Shown here: piece by piece, positions 10,165-25,824 of the stretch
Numbering within the stretch: position 1 is the stretch's first letter
Layout: the number at the start of each line of letters is the position of its first letter
NCBI GenBank assembly: GCA_963770895.1
Contig: CAVYRF010000002.1
Coordinates: 3,776,001-3,840,000 of the forward strand
Direction: 5' to 3'
DNA: 64,000 bases
DNA from: an uncultured Acidobacteriota bacterium
Lineage (GTDB): Bacteria > Acidobacteriota > Thermoanaerobaculia > Multivoradales > UBA5704
Position numbers and translations under genes: made by a program
Notes under the pieces: model-generated
The model's input: the letters and a program-made list of their open reading frames with translations, nothing else
Told to the model about the DNA's origin: nothing
Databases searched by the model: none

Positions 10165-10926
10165 ATGTCTGCCGCGATGGAGCCTGCTCCGACGCCGTCG
10201 TTGCTTGCCGACGGCCCCCAGGATGGTCCGGCGCTGGTGCTGGCGCACGGCGCCGGCGCGCCGATGGATTCGCCGTTCATGGCCGAGGTCGCGGCGGGGA
10301 TCGCGGCGTGCGGGGTGCGCGTCGTGCGCTTCGAGTTTCCCTACATGGCGGCGCGCCGCGATGGCGTGCGCCGCCCGCCGGATCGCGAAGCGACGCTGCT
10401 GCGCACCTGGGGCGCGGTGATCGCCGCCTTGGGCGGCGGGCCGCGTCTGTGCATCGGCGGCAAGTCGCTCGGCGGCCGCATCGCCAGCATGGTTGCCGAC
10501 CAGGCCCAGGTGCGCGGCCTGGTCTGTCTTGGCTATCCTTTTCGCCCGCCCGGCGCCGATCCGGTGGCGGGCGCGCCGCAGCTGGCGCACCGCATCGCCC
10601 ACCTGCGCGAGCTGCGCACGCCGGCGCTCTTCGTCCAGGGCACCCGCGATCCGTTCGGCGGCCGCGCCGAGGTAGCGGGCTACCCCTTGTCGAGCGCCAT
10701 CCGCATCCATTGGATGGAAGACGGCGATCACTCCTGGAAGCCGCGCCGCGCTTCGGGGCGCAGCGAAGCGGACAACCTGCAGGAAGGAATCGCCGTGGTG
10801 GCGGCGTTCGTGCTGGGCGGCGACGGTCAGGACGCGGCGCCGCGGGGAGTCGGCGGGGATGGCAGGGGTGGCGAGGACGGCAGCGGCGGCGGGAACGGCA
10901 GGGGTGGCAGCGCCGCGCGGCGGTAG
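10165..10926 (+). CDS. Alpha/beta hydrolase (KANL3/Tex30-like)
   Basis: LAHGAGAPMDS, GGKSLGGR nucleophile, GTRDPFG, GDHS. Confidence 0.88.
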   Translation: MSAAMEPAPTPSLLADGPQDGPALVLAHGAGAPMDSPFMAEVAAGIAACGVRVVRFEFPYMAARRDGVRRPPDREATLLRTWGAVIAALGGGPRLCIGGKSLGGRIASMVADQAQVRGLVCLGYPFRPPGADPVAGAPQLAHRIAHLRELRTPALFVQGTRDPFGGRAEVAGYPLSSAIRIHWMEDGDHSWKPRRASGRSEADNLQEGIAVVAAFVLGGDGQDAAPRGVGGDGRGGEDGSGGGNGRGGSAARR

Positions 10927-11873
10927 TCGTGCAGCCGGCCCACGTCGATGCGGACCATGCCGGCAGGGGTGGCCGGTTTGAACATGGTCGCGAAGGAGGC
11001 GCCCCAAACGACTTCGAACGCCTTGTAGGACGAGCGGGTATGGACGGTCTGCGAGAAGGTCTCGTCGAAGCCGGTGAGGATGATGAGGAACTCGGCCTCA
11101 CTTGCCGTCAGCTCTTCTTCCGAAAGCCCGTACAGAGGGCTTTCGGCGTCGATCGGGTGGACGATCGTCCACGACAGGGGAAAGAAGGTGACGCGCGGCC
11201 GTTCGAGCGCCAGCGGCAGGAACGGGCGCACGCCGCGGCCGGGCGGCGAATAGGTGAACAGCACCCGGCACTCGACGTCGATCAGCTGATTGCTGCGCGA
11301 GTTGACGATGCGGAACTCGAAGGCGGCGCCGCCTTGATAGGGTGCGATCAGCGCCTGGCGGCTGAACACGATCTTTGCCGTCGGGCGGGAGAACCGCGCG
11401 AACAGCAGGCCGGTCGCCAAGGCGAAGCCCAGCAATCCGACCAACGATTCCACCGTCACCACCACGTTGGCGGCCAGGCCGTTGGGGCTGATCTGGCCGT
11501 AGCCGATGGTGGCAAAGGTCTGGACGCTGAAGAAGAACGCGCGCAGAAATTCGGTGCCGCCCGCCTCCGCCGGCGAAGCGCCGGCCAGCGCGCCGGGGCC
11601 GCAGGCCAGGTAGGCCCCCGCGAAGCTGGCGTTGAGCACCAGGTAGGCGGTGATCACCAGCCCCAGGAATCGCGGCCACGAGGTGGTCAGCAGGTAGTGG
11701 TACAGGCTGAGCGAGCCGAGCGGCCCCAGCCCCTCGCGGCGCACGTTGAAAGTGCCGTCGCGATTGAGGAACCGCTGGCGGCTTTCGCGCGCCACGACCG
11801 ACCCGAAGCCCAGATCGCGGTCGCGATCGACCTCCCCTCCGGCGGGTTCCACCCGCGTCTCAAGGGTCGCCAT
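10827..11873 (-). CDS. Inward-rectifier potassium channel (KirBac family)
   Basis: FFFSVQTFATIGYG selectivity filter; FARFSRP; HPIDAESPLYG cytoplasmic domain. Confidence 0.93.
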   Translation of the reverse strand: MATLETRVEPAGGEVDRDRDLGFGSVVARESRQRFLNRDGTFNVRREGLGPLGSLSLYHYLLTTSWPRFLGLVITAYLVLNASFAGAYLACGPGALAGASPAEAGGTEFLRAFFFSVQTFATIGYGQISPNGLAANVVVTVESLVGLLGFALATGLLFARFSRPTAKIVFSRQALIAPYQGGAAFEFRIVNSRSNQLIDVECRVLFTYSPPGRGVRPFLPLALERPRVTFFPLSWTIVHPIDAESPLYGLSEEELTASEAEFLIILTGFDETFSQTVHTRSSYKAFEVVWGASFATMFKPATPAGMVRIDVGRLHDYRRAALPPLPFPPPLPSSPPLPSPPTPRGAAS

Positions 11874-13410
11874 GGCCGGCGAGTCTAACGCGTTTCGCGC
11901 CGGTGCTCCGCAGGCTCCCGGCGGCGCCGGCGCCGGCGTGCCCGAGGTGCTGGCGCGGCCGTTGCGCGCCAGTCCCCTGTACCAGCTGGTGCTGCACGAT
12001 CGCCTGCCGGCCGCCGCGCGCGCATGGCTGGCCGGGGCGGCGCGCGATCCCGATCACTACGGCGTGCTGCGGCCGCGCGGCGTGGCGGCGAGCGGCGCCG
12101 GTGGCGGCGGCGGCGCCGATGCCGATGCCGATGCCGGGGCTGGCAGTGGCATGAAGCTGGTGGATCGCGACACCGCCCTGCTCTTTCTCACGCTGGAGAG
12201 GCCGGGGCCGCTGCCTGGCTATGTCCGGTCGCGCCTGGGTGACGGCGGCGCCGCGGCGGTGGCGGCGCGGCTGGTGGCGGATGGCGTGATCGAGATCGAG
12301 CGCGAGGCCGGGGTTTTTGTGTCAGGCGCCGCGGCGATGGCGCTGCTGCGCACGGCGGGCGGCGCCGGTGGCGCCGGGCCGGTAGAGGAGGGGCGCATCG
12401 CCGCCGCTGCTGGCATGGCCGCCATCGCCGAGCTGTCGCGCACCGCGCTGCGCCGCGGCCAGCAGCTGGTGAGCGCCGACGGCGCCGTGGGCGCGGGGCG
12501 GCTGGCGCATTTCCTGTACACCTATCATCGCCTGCCGCTCACGCCGGGATGGCAGCGCCGGCTCGCGACCGCCGATGCGGTGCGGCAGTTCCTGGGGATC
12601 GGTCCTGGGGGAGTGCGGCGCGGCCTGCTCGACCGGCACTGGCAGGAGGTGCCGGCCAGCCCGGCCGGAGCGGCGGATGCGGCCGCGGCTCCGGGATCGC
12701 CAGGACCGCCATGGCTGCGATGGTACCCGCGCCGGGCGGCGGCGGCGGCGGCCGTCGACGCGACGCCGCATGCGTACAAGCTCTATGTCAGCGTTGCGCC
12801 CGACGCCATGCCCGATGTGTTCGGCGCGATCCTGGCCGGCCTGGCGGCGGCGGGTGCGCCCGGTTTCAAGGTGGGCGCCAGCGCCTCCGGGCTATTGCGG
12901 CCGGACAAGGCCGTCGCCTATTTCCCGCGTTTCGACGACCTGGCCGCGGCGGCGCACATCCTGGCCGGGCACCTGGACGGCGCCGCCGTGCACGGGGTCC
13001 CCTTCACCGCCGAGATCGCCGGCGGCGGCGTGCTGTCGTGGGGCGTCGATCCGCCCCCATGGGCCGGCGGCACGGCGCAGTGGGCGGGCCGCGGCAGCTG
13101 GCGTCAGTGGCTCACCCAGCGGCTGGCCGAAGCCATGCTCGCCGCGCTGGGTTGTAACGCCGGCGTCGTTGCCGAGCCGCCTCCGCCGCCGGCGCGGCCG
13201 GACTCGGTGCTCGCGCGGACACCGGTTGTCGAGGTGGCCGCGACGTCGCAGGCCGCGCAGCTGTCGCAGCTGTCGGAGCCGTCGCGGCCGGTTGCGATGG
13301 AAGGCTGGGAATTTGCGGTCGAGCGGCTGCGGCTGGAGGGCATCGACCCCGCCACGTGGGCGCCGGGAGCGCTGCTGTGGCGCCGGCCGGAGGAGGCGCG
13401 GGGCCGGTGA
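11872..13410 (+). CDS. HopA1-like putative phospho-Ser/Thr lyase with RRE-like N-terminus (start uncertain; GTG 11938 is an alternative)
   Basis: KLYVS, FKV, RPDKAVAYF, GVPFT, SWGVDP, GSWRQW in HopA1-like order; GTGA coupling to the kinase-LanC gene. Confidence 0.6.
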   Translation: MAGESNAFRAGAPQAPGGAGAGVPEVLARPLRASPLYQLVLHDRLPAAARAWLAGAARDPDHYGVLRPRGVAASGAGGGGGADADADAGAGSGMKLVDRDTALLFLTLERPGPLPGYVRSRLGDGGAAAVAARLVADGVIEIEREAGVFVSGAAAMALLRTAGGAGGAGPVEEGRIAAAAGMAAIAELSRTALRRGQQLVSADGAVGAGRLAHFLYTYHRLPLTPGWQRRLATADAVRQFLGIGPGGVRRGLLDRHWQEVPASPAGAADAAAAPGSPGPPWLRWYPRRAAAAAAVDATPHAYKLYVSVAPDAMPDVFGAILAGLAAAGAPGFKVGASASGLLRPDKAVAYFPRFDDLAAAAHILAGHLDGAAVHGVPFTAEIAGGGVLSWGVDPPPWAGGTAQWAGRGSWRQWLTQRLAEAMLAALGCNAGVVAEPPPPPARPDSVLARTPVVEVAATSQAAQLSQLSEPSRPVAMEGWEFAVERLRLEGIDPATWAPGALLWRRPEEARGR

Positions 13411-16247
13411 GCGGGATGACGGAGCCGTTGGTGCTGGGCGCCGGCGTCACTCTGGAACCGGTGGCAGAGCTGCCGGAGGCGGTGCGGCGGCAGCTGGACT
13501 GGACGCCGGGCGACCATGCCCTGTCGCGGCCGGGCCTGCGCACCGGCTCGCGGGTCGTGGACGCCGCCGCCGCCGATCTGCTGCGCCAGTTCGCCACTCC
13601 TTCCACCCTTGTCGAAGCCGTGATGCGCCACAGCCAGGCGTGCGGCGGCGACGCCGAGGCCCTGCTGGACGCCGCCTACCCGTTGCTCGCCAGGCTTCTG
13701 CGCGAAGGCTTTCTGGTGCCGGCGGCGGACGGCGGCAGGGGACGCATCGACGCCTCGTGGGCGGCGGCGGAGCGCATCGCCGGATGCACCGTCCAGCGTT
13801 GCGTGCAGGTGCTGGTGGATACCGAGGTCTATCAGGTCCGCACCGACGCCGCGCACGCTTCCGCGTCCGACCCTTGGCAGATCGCGCGGCGCGAGGCGGC
13901 GCTCAAGATCGTGCGCGCGCCAGCCGTGGGCGGCGCCGGCGCCAGCGATGGCTCGTCGCCGCGGGGCTCCGCGGCCAGGTTGCTGCGCGAGGCGATCATC
14001 CTCGATCACCTGGGGCGCGGCGGCGCCGGCGCACCGGTGGCGCCGCTGCTGCTTGCCACCGGTGTCTGGCAGGGCAGGCGGTTTTTGGCGCTGGAGTGGT
14101 GCATGGGGCTGGACGCGCACCTGGTCGCCGCCGAGCTGCGCGAGCGCGGCGCCGGCGGCTTGGCGGAGCTGCTGGCGCTCTGCCGCCGGGTCGCGGCTGC
14201 CTACGCCGCGCTGCACCGGCGGGGGGTGCTGCACGGCGACGTGCACGCGCGCAACGTCCTGGTGGATGCCGGCGGCGAGGTGCGGATCATCGACTTCGGA
14301 TTTTCGACCTGGCAGGGCGTGCCGGCGAGCCTGGCGCAGGCTGGCCGTGGCGGGGTCGCGTTCTATTTCGAGCCCGAGTACGCCGCGGCGACGCTTGCCG
14401 GCCGCGCCGCGCCGCCGGTCACCGCGGCCGGCGAGCAGTACGCGGTTGCAGTGCTGCTGTATTACCTTGCCTCCGGCGCCTTTCCGCAGGATTTCTCGCT
14501 GGAACGCCAGACGCTGCTGCGCCAGATCGCGGGCGATCCACCCCTGCCTTTCACCCTGCGCGGCGCCGCCGCCTGGCCGGCGCTGGAAGCCGTCCTGGGG
14601 CGGGCGCTCGCCCAATCGCCGGCGGATCGCTACCCGTCTCTAGACGCCCTGACCGCTGCGCTGCACGACATCGAATCCGGCGTGGTCGTAAGCGACGAGG
14701 CCGGGCGTGGCGACGGGAGTGGACGTGGCGAGGCTGCCGGTCCCGCGCCGCTGCTCGCGTTGAGCAGCGCCTTGCGTCGCGATCCGGCGGCCGCCCTGCT
14801 GGAGCAGATGGTCGCGGCGACGCAAACCGGCGGCGAGCTGTGGCAGATGGGCAGTGGTGGCAGTGGTGAGGGTGGTGGCAGCGGTGCGGGGGCGCTCGCC
14901 GGGGTGCAGGACGGTGCCGCGGGGATCGCGTACGCGCTCTACCGCATCGCGACGGTGCGTGCCGACCCGGACCTTTTGGCGCAGGCGCATCTTTGGAGCG
15001 TGCGGGCGGCTGGCGCGGCGCGGTCCGGTGCGGCGACGTTTTACGATGCCGACCGCAACCTGACACCGCGCACGATCGGCAGCGCCTCGCTGCTGCACGG
15101 ACCGCCCGGCGTGCACTGCACCGCCGCCCTGATCGCCAACGCGCGCGGCGACCGTGCCGCGGCAAGCCAGGCGCTGGCCGCCTTTGCTGCCGCCGCAAGC
15201 GTTCCCTGCCCCTTTGTCGATCTCGCGCTGGGGCGTGCCGGTCTGTTGTCGGCCTTTGCCCTGCTGCTGGATGCGCTGGAAGCTGGCGGCACGGTGCCCC
15301 AGGACGATGTGGGCGGGCTGGCGGGAGAGGCGGCGGCGGGCGCCAGCTTCCAGCAGCTGCGGGCGATGGGAGACGGCCTGCTGGCCGGGATCTGGCGGGA
15401 CATCGTGCCGCTGCGGCCGATTGAGCAGTGCCGGGAGTGGTCCAACCTCGGCATCGCCCACGGCTGGGCGGGTGCGCTGTACGCGATGCTGCGCTGGTGC
15501 CGCTCGGCCGGCCGCCCCCTTCCCGCCGGGTTGCCCGGCCGCCTTGACCAGCTGGCCGGCTGCGCCGAAAGCTGCGGCAGGGGTATCCGCTGGCGCTGGT
15601 ACAACCTGCCGGCCGGGGAGCCGTGGGCGCCGGGCGCTGCCGCGGCGCTACGCCTGACGCCATCGGTCGATGCCGCCGCACCGGTTTCCGGTCACACGGC
15701 GCCGCCGCTGGCAGTGCCGCACGATGGCGGTGCGGCAGCGGTGGCGCCGGTCACGCCGATGGCGCCGATTGGAGCCATGGCACCCATGACGCACGGCGCT
15801 CAGGCCGCACCGGAGCCTGTCTGGATGGCGGGGTGGTGCAACGGCAGCGCCGGCATGGTGCACCTGTGGACGGCGGCGGCGCGGATGCTGCCCGGAGGCG
15901 GCTACGAACGGCTTGCCGTCGACGCCGCCTGGCATGTCTGGGAAGCTCCCGAACGCTCGTTCAGCCTGTGTTGCGGCCTGGCGGGGCGGGCCTATGCGCT
16001 GCTCGACTTGTACCAGCACGGCTGCGGGGCGGAATGGCTGGAGCGGGCACGCACGCTTGCCGGGCGGGCGGCGGCGGCGGTGGCGGAGGAAGAGGTGGCC
16101 GGGGCCGATTCGTCGTTCGCCTCCAGCGCCGCCAGCCTGTATCGCGGGCCGCTGGGGGTGGCGGTGCTGGCGGCGGACTTGGCGCGGCCGCGGGACGCTG
16201 CGATGCCGCTCTTCGGCGACGAGGGTTGGGCGCAGGCGCTGTGTTAG
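13407..16247 (+). CDS. Ser/Thr kinase-LanC-like cyclase fusion (lanthipeptide synthetase-like)
   Basis: GGAGGAGG RBS; kinase ALKIV, HGDVHARN, IIDFG; LanC motifs GIAHGWAG, WCNGSAG, LCCGLAG, SLYRGPLG. Confidence 0.85.
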   Translation: MSGMTEPLVLGAGVTLEPVAELPEAVRRQLDWTPGDHALSRPGLRTGSRVVDAAAADLLRQFATPSTLVEAVMRHSQACGGDAEALLDAAYPLLARLLREGFLVPAADGGRGRIDASWAAAERIAGCTVQRCVQVLVDTEVYQVRTDAAHASASDPWQIARREAALKIVRAPAVGGAGASDGSSPRGSAARLLREAIILDHLGRGGAGAPVAPLLLATGVWQGRRFLALEWCMGLDAHLVAAELRERGAGGLAELLALCRRVAAAYAALHRRGVLHGDVHARNVLVDAGGEVRIIDFGFSTWQGVPASLAQAGRGGVAFYFEPEYAAATLAGRAAPPVTAAGEQYAVAVLLYYLASGAFPQDFSLERQTLLRQIAGDPPLPFTLRGAAAWPALEAVLGRALAQSPADRYPSLDALTAALHDIESGVVVSDEAGRGDGSGRGEAAGPAPLLALSSALRRDPAAALLEQMVAATQTGGELWQMGSGGSGEGGGSGAGALAGVQDGAAGIAYALYRIATVRADPDLLAQAHLWSVRAAGAARSGAATFYDADRNLTPRTIGSASLLHGPPGVHCTAALIANARGDRAAASQALAAFAAAASVPCPFVDLALGRAGLLSAFALLLDALEAGGTVPQDDVGGLAGEAAAGASFQQLRAMGDGLLAGIWRDIVPLRPIEQCREWSNLGIAHGWAGALYAMLRWCRSAGRPLPAGLPGRLDQLAGCAESCGRGIRWRWYNLPAGEPWAPGAAAALRLTPSVDAAAPVSGHTAPPLAVPHDGGAAAVAPVTPMAPIGAMAPMTHGAQAAPEPVWMAGWCNGSAGMVHLWTAAARMLPGGGYERLAVDAAWHVWEAPERSFSLCCGLAGRAYALLDLYQHGCGAEWLERARTLAGRAAAAVAEEEVAGADSSFASSAASLYRGPLGVAVLAADLARPRDAAMPLFGDEGWAQALC

Positions 16248-16335
16248 CATCGCAGCGTGGTCGAGGGGACGTCCGGGGCTCGCACTCAGCCCGCTGAACC
16301 CTGCCCGCGTTGAATTCTCGTCGAGCTCGTTGACC

Positions 16336-17091
16336 GTGCACCTGCACACCGCGGAAGCCCTGTTGCTGGACGTGCGCGACCTGCACGACCGCGATCGAAT
16401 CGTCACCTTCCTGACCCGCGAGCGGGGCAAGAAAAGCGGCGTGGCCCGCGGCGCCAGGGCGCCGCACAGCCGCTTTGCCGGCCAGCTGCAGCAGCTGGCC
16501 AAGGTGCGCATCACCTGGTTCGAAAAGGACGGGCGCGACCTGGTGCGGATCTCGGCCGTGGAAATGGTGCGGCCGGCGCACCGCCTGCAGGCCGACCTCG
16601 AAGGCATCCTGCTCGGCAGCTACCTCGCCGACCACATGCTGGAGTTCGCACAGGAAGACGAAGGCTCCGATCTGCTGTTCCGGCTGCTCGATGCGACGCT
16701 GGAAGCGCTGATCGCCGGAGCGGACCGCGACGTGGCGGCCCGCTACTTTGAATCGTGGGTGCTGCGCCTGAGCGGGATCTTCCCTCCGCCTGACGCCTGT
16801 CCGCAGTGCGGCAGGAGCTTTGCCGGGTGGGCCGTGCTGCCGCCGCAGGCCGATGCGCTGGTGTGCCGCGACTGCGTGGACCAGGCCCAAACCGGCATGG
16901 TGGTTGGCGCCGCGACGCTCGACTTCCTGTGCCGGATCGAGCGCTCGACGCCGGCCAACGCCGGCAGGCTGGCGCCGGCGGCGGCGACGCTGCGGCAGGT
17001 TGAGGAGCTCTGCGCCCGCGTGCGCCGCGGTTTCCTGCGGCGCGAGCTGCGCAGCTACGAAGTCATCCAGCGCACCCGCGCGGCGCTCTAG
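16336..17091 (+). CDS. recO: DNA repair protein RecO
   Basis: [24 protein letters not shown]; CxxC..CxxC zinc finger; located upstream of glyQ. Confidence 0.9.
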   Translation: MHLHTAEALLLDVRDLHDRDRIVTFLTRERGKKSGVARGARAPHSRFAGQLQQLAKVRITWFEKDGRDLVRISAVEMVRPAHRLQADLEGILLGSYLADHMLEFAQEDEGSDLLFRLLDATLEALIAGADRDVAARYFESWVLRLSGIFPPPDACPQCGRSFAGWAVLPPQADALVCRDCVDQAQTGMVVGAATLDFLCRIERSTPANAGRLAPAAATLRQVEELCARVRRGFLRRELRSYEVIQRTRAAL

Positions 17092-17180
17092 CCGGGCACA
17101 GGCCGGGCGCACAAGCCGGGTACCTGGGGTATCCGTCGTTCCAAAGGAGGCAGGGCCGCGCGCCGGCCCGAAAGGCGAGC

Positions 17181-18123
<943 letters not shown>

Positions 18124-18137
<14 letters not shown>

Positions 18138-20400
18138 GTTCCTGCTGGAGGTGCGCAGCGAAGAGATCCCGGCGCGCATGCTGGAGCCGGGGGTGCGCGA
18201 GCTGGCCACCCGCGTCTTCGAAGAGCTGATGGCCCGCGGCATCGGGCCGCGGGAGGTGGAAACCGGCTTCACGCCGCGCCGCCTGGTGCTGCGTCTGGGC
18301 GGCGTGCCGGAGCGCGAGCCGGACCGCGACGAGCGCGTCATGGGGCCGCCGGTGCGCGCCGCCTACGCCGGTGACGGTTCGCCGACGCCGGCCCTGATCG
18401 GTTTCGCGCGCCGTTGCGGCGTCGAACCCGACCAGCTGGAGCGGGTGTCGACCGAAAAGGGCGACTACCTGGCGGCCTCCCGCAGCATCGCCGGCCGGCC
18501 GGCGAGCGAGGTGTTGGCGGAGCTGGTGCCGCGGATTCTGACCAACCTGGCGTGGCCCAAGACGATGCGCTGGGGCAGCGGGGTGGGGCCGTGGGTGCGG
18601 CCGGTGCACGGCATCGTGGCGTTGCTCGACGGCCAGGTGGTGCCGTTCGAGCTGTTCGGCGTGCGCACCGGCGACACCACCCAGGGGCATCCGGTGCTGT
18701 CGCCGCGGCCGCTCAAGGTGCGCGGCGCCGGCGACTACCGGCGCAAGCTCGCGGTGCGCCACCTGGAGGTCGACCCCAAGCGCCGGCGCGCCGCGCTGCT
18801 CGCCGCCATGCACGAGCGCGCCGCCGCGGTCGGCGGGCGGTTGGTGGAAGACGGGCCGCTGCTCGACAAGCTGGCGGCGCTGTGCGAGATCCCGGGCGTG
18901 CTCCAGGGGAGCTTCGACGCCAGCTTTCTGGAGCTGCCCGCGGAGGTGCTTTCGACCAGCCTGCGCGACCATCAAAGCGCGCTGACGGTGGCGGCGCTCG
19001 ACGACGGCGGCGCCGATGGCGGCGCCGGCCGCCTGCTGCCCTGCTTCCTGACCGTGATGGACCGGCCGGACGATCCCGCCGGGCGCACCCGTTCCGGCAA
19101 TGAGTGGGTGGTCGCGGCGCGCCTTGCCGACGCGCGCTTCTTCTTCGGCGAAGACCGCCGGCGAGGTCTGGCGAACCACGCCGAACAGCTGGCACGCCTG
19201 GGCTTTCACGAGCGCCTGGGTAGCTACGCCGAAAAGACCCAACGGGTGGCGGCGCTGGCGGCGGCCGCCTGCAGCGAGATGGGCTGGACCGCCGAAGCCG
19301 GCGACGTGGCGGCGGCGGCGCGCCTGCTCAAGGCCGACCTGGCCAGCGAGATGGTCAAGGAATTCACCTCGCTCCAGGGGGTGATGGGGGGCTTGTACGC
19401 GCGCCTGGACGGTCAGCCCGAGGCGGTGTGGCAGGCGGTCTACGACCAGTATCTGCCGGCCTCCACCGACGACGCGATCCCGCGCGGCCGCGTCGGCCGC
19501 GTGTTGGGCCTGGCCGATCGGCTGGACACGCTGGTGGGGATGTTCGGCGTCGGCCTGACGCCGACCGGCAGCAAGGACCCGTTCGGCCTCCGCCGCGCCG
19601 CCCAGGGGGCGGTGCGCATCGCCTGCGAAGGCGGCATCACCATCCACCTGGGCCGGCTGATCGCGCGCGCGGTGGAGCTGTACGGCGACCGCCTGGCAAC
19701 GGGCGCCCGGCCGGGCGGCGGCGCCGCTGGCGCCGGCGGCGACGTGGCGGCCAGGCTGGCCGCGCTGCGGCCGTTCCTGGACGACCGCATCCGCTACGTG
19801 TTCGGCCTGTACGGCTACGCCTACGACGAGATCGAAGCGGGGATGGGCGCCGGCGCGGCGGACCTGGCGGACCTGCGCGCGCGGGTGGACGCGCTGCACC
19901 GCCTGCGCCACGAAGCTGCCTTCCTGTCGCTGGTCCTGGCCGCCAAGCGCATCGCCAACATCGTCAAGAGCGACGCGGCGGAGTCGGCGGAGGGCCAAGG
20001 CGCCGCGCCGCCTCCGGCCGGCCCGGCAGCCGGTCCGGCGGCCCCCGAGCCCGCCGCATCCCCCGCAGCCGCCGAACCGGCTGAGCCCGCCGAGCCCGCC
20101 GAGCGCGAGCTTGCGGCGGCGTTCGCCGGACTGCGCGCCGATGTCGAGGAGGCAGCGGCCGCCCGCGACTACGAGCGCTGCCTGCGCCGCGTCGCGGAGC
20201 TGGCGCCGGTGCTCGACCGCTTCTTCGTCGAAGTGCTGGTGATGGACCCCGACGCGGCGGTGCGGCGCAATCGCATCGCCCTGCTCCAGGCCATCGGCCG
20301 CACGCTCAACCGCGTCGTCCAGCTTGCCGAGGTGGTGGTCGATCGCGCCGAGCACCGCGCGCGCGCCGGCGCCGCGGCGGGCGCCCCCGCCACGGCCTGA
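18124..20400 (+). CDS. glyS: Glycine--tRNA ligase beta subunit
   Basis: [50 protein letters not shown]. Confidence 0.96.
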
Positions 20401-20513
20401 GCGCCGCTCGCCGCGCCGGTTGGCCGTCGCCGCCGGGCGGGCGGCTGGCGGCGCCGGCGACGACGCTTGTCGCGGCGATCGGGTAAACTCGGTCGCCTGA
20501 CAGGAGGGTGCGC

Positions 20514-24377
<3,864 letters not shown>

Positions 24378-24513
24378 GTTGGCGGCTGAGCCTGGATGGA
24401 AGTCGCCGTCTGGAGGCGTTCTGGGACGGCGGGCGGGGCTAGTGCGCGCGGTCGGTGGCTGGCAACCGCGAGCGGCGGCGGACGGCCGCCGGCAACGGCG
24501 GTAGACTGGCGGG

Positions 24514-25341
24514 GTGAGCCTGGACGAGAAGCGCCGTCTGGATGCGTTTTGGGATGGCAGCCGCGAGTATTACGCGCAGGCGGCGGCTGCCAACCGCGAG
24601 GCGTCGCCGGAGCGGCGGCGGCTGCTCGCCCATCTGCGGGGTGGCGAGCGGCTGCTGGATCTGGGCTGCGGCTCGTGTGAGAACGCGCTGTGGCTGCCCG
24701 CCGGCTGCCGGTACGTCGGCATCGACGTGTCGACCACGGCGCTGGTGATGGCGGCGCAGCTGGGCCGGCCCGGGCGGCGGGTGCGGGGCGACGGCGACAA
24801 TCTGCCGTTCCGCGACGGCAGCTTTGACGCCGTGCTGTCCACCTACGCCCTGGAACACTTCCACGATCCCGGCCGCACGCTGCTGGAGGCGGCGCGCGTG
24901 CTGAGGCCCGGCGGCATGCTGCTGCTCGTCGGCTCGGCGTGGGACCTGCCGTACGAGATGCCGCCCAGCCTGGAGCCGCATCGCCGCCTGGAGGTGTCGC
25001 TGCGCCGCCTGGGCCGCCAGGTGCTGTCGTCGCTCGATGGCCGCCACCGCTTCGACCGCGTGCGCAACCCGCGCGTGCTGACCGCCGGCTACGTCCCCGA
25101 CGCCGACGCCGTGCACGTCGCGCAGTCCCACCTGCTGGTCCGCTTCCTGCGCGCCGCCGGTCTGGAAGTGGTGGAGCACCTCACCCTGCCGCACCGCCCC
25201 GATCCCAGCGGCCCCCGCGCCATCCTGCGCCGCCTGCTGCGCACCGTCCCCCTCTGGCGCCGCGCCTGGGGCAACACCCTGATCGTCGCCCGCCGCGGCG
25301 CCCAGCTGCACTATCCCGCCTACAAGCTCCTCCCCCTCTGA
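24514..25341 (+). CDS. Class I SAM-dependent methyltransferase
   Basis: LLDLGCGS, LPFRDGSFDAV, RVLRPGG. Confidence 0.88.
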   Translation: MSLDEKRRLDAFWDGSREYYAQAAAANREASPERRRLLAHLRGGERLLDLGCGSCENALWLPAGCRYVGIDVSTTALVMAAQLGRPGRRVRGDGDNLPFRDGSFDAVLSTYALEHFHDPGRTLLEAARVLRPGGMLLLVGSAWDLPYEMPPSLEPHRRLEVSLRRLGRQVLSSLDGRHRFDRVRNPRVLTAGYVPDADAVHVAQSHLLVRFLRAAGLEVVEHLTLPHRPDPSGPRAILRRLLRTVPLWRRAWGNTLIVARRGAQLHYPAYKLLPL

Positions 25342-25515
25342 CCCCGGCCCGCCGGTGCCGCACGCTCCATCCGGCCCGACTTGCCCACGGAGCCGCGCCG
25401 CGGGAACTGGCCGTTCCATATCGTCCAGCCCTGCGATAATCTCCCTCAGCTGCCGCGGCCGGCCTGGGGCGGGGCACAGTCTCGCCCGAATCCAGGGAGA
25501 GAGATAGGACGGATC

Positions 25516-25824
25516 ATGCTGAACCTGCTCGCCGAGAAGCTTCCGGAGCTTGAGCGGCTCTGCAAGCTCCATGGCGTGAGGCGACTCGAGGTGGTGGGCT
25601 CCGCAGCCCGCGAGGTCGACTTCGATCCGGCGCGATCGGACATCGACTTGCTCGTAGAGTTCGTACCGGGGCGCTTGCCAAGGCTCAGTGCGTTTTTCAG
25701 GCTGCGCGAAGCGATCGAGAATGCGATCGGGCGACCGGTTGACCTCTTGATGCTCGAGGCGGTGCGCAACCCGTACCTCAAAGCCAGTCTGGAACGTAAC
25801 CGCCGCCTGCTCTATGCAGCGTGA
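25516..25824 (+). CDS. MNT minimal nucleotidyltransferase antitoxin (MntA-like)
   Basis: GSAAR..SDIDLLVEF, GRPVDL; overlaps the HEPN gene. Confidence 0.88.
   Translation: MLNLLAEKLPELERLCKLHGVRRLEVVGSAAREVDFDPARSDIDLLVEFVPGRLPRLSAFFRLREAIENAIGRPVDLLMLEAVRNPYLKASLERNRRLLYAA

Noticed and set aside
25290-25470. Possible degenerate duplicate of the methyltransferase 3' end before the TA pair
   Set aside because: Similarity is too weak to distinguish from GC-rich background by eye
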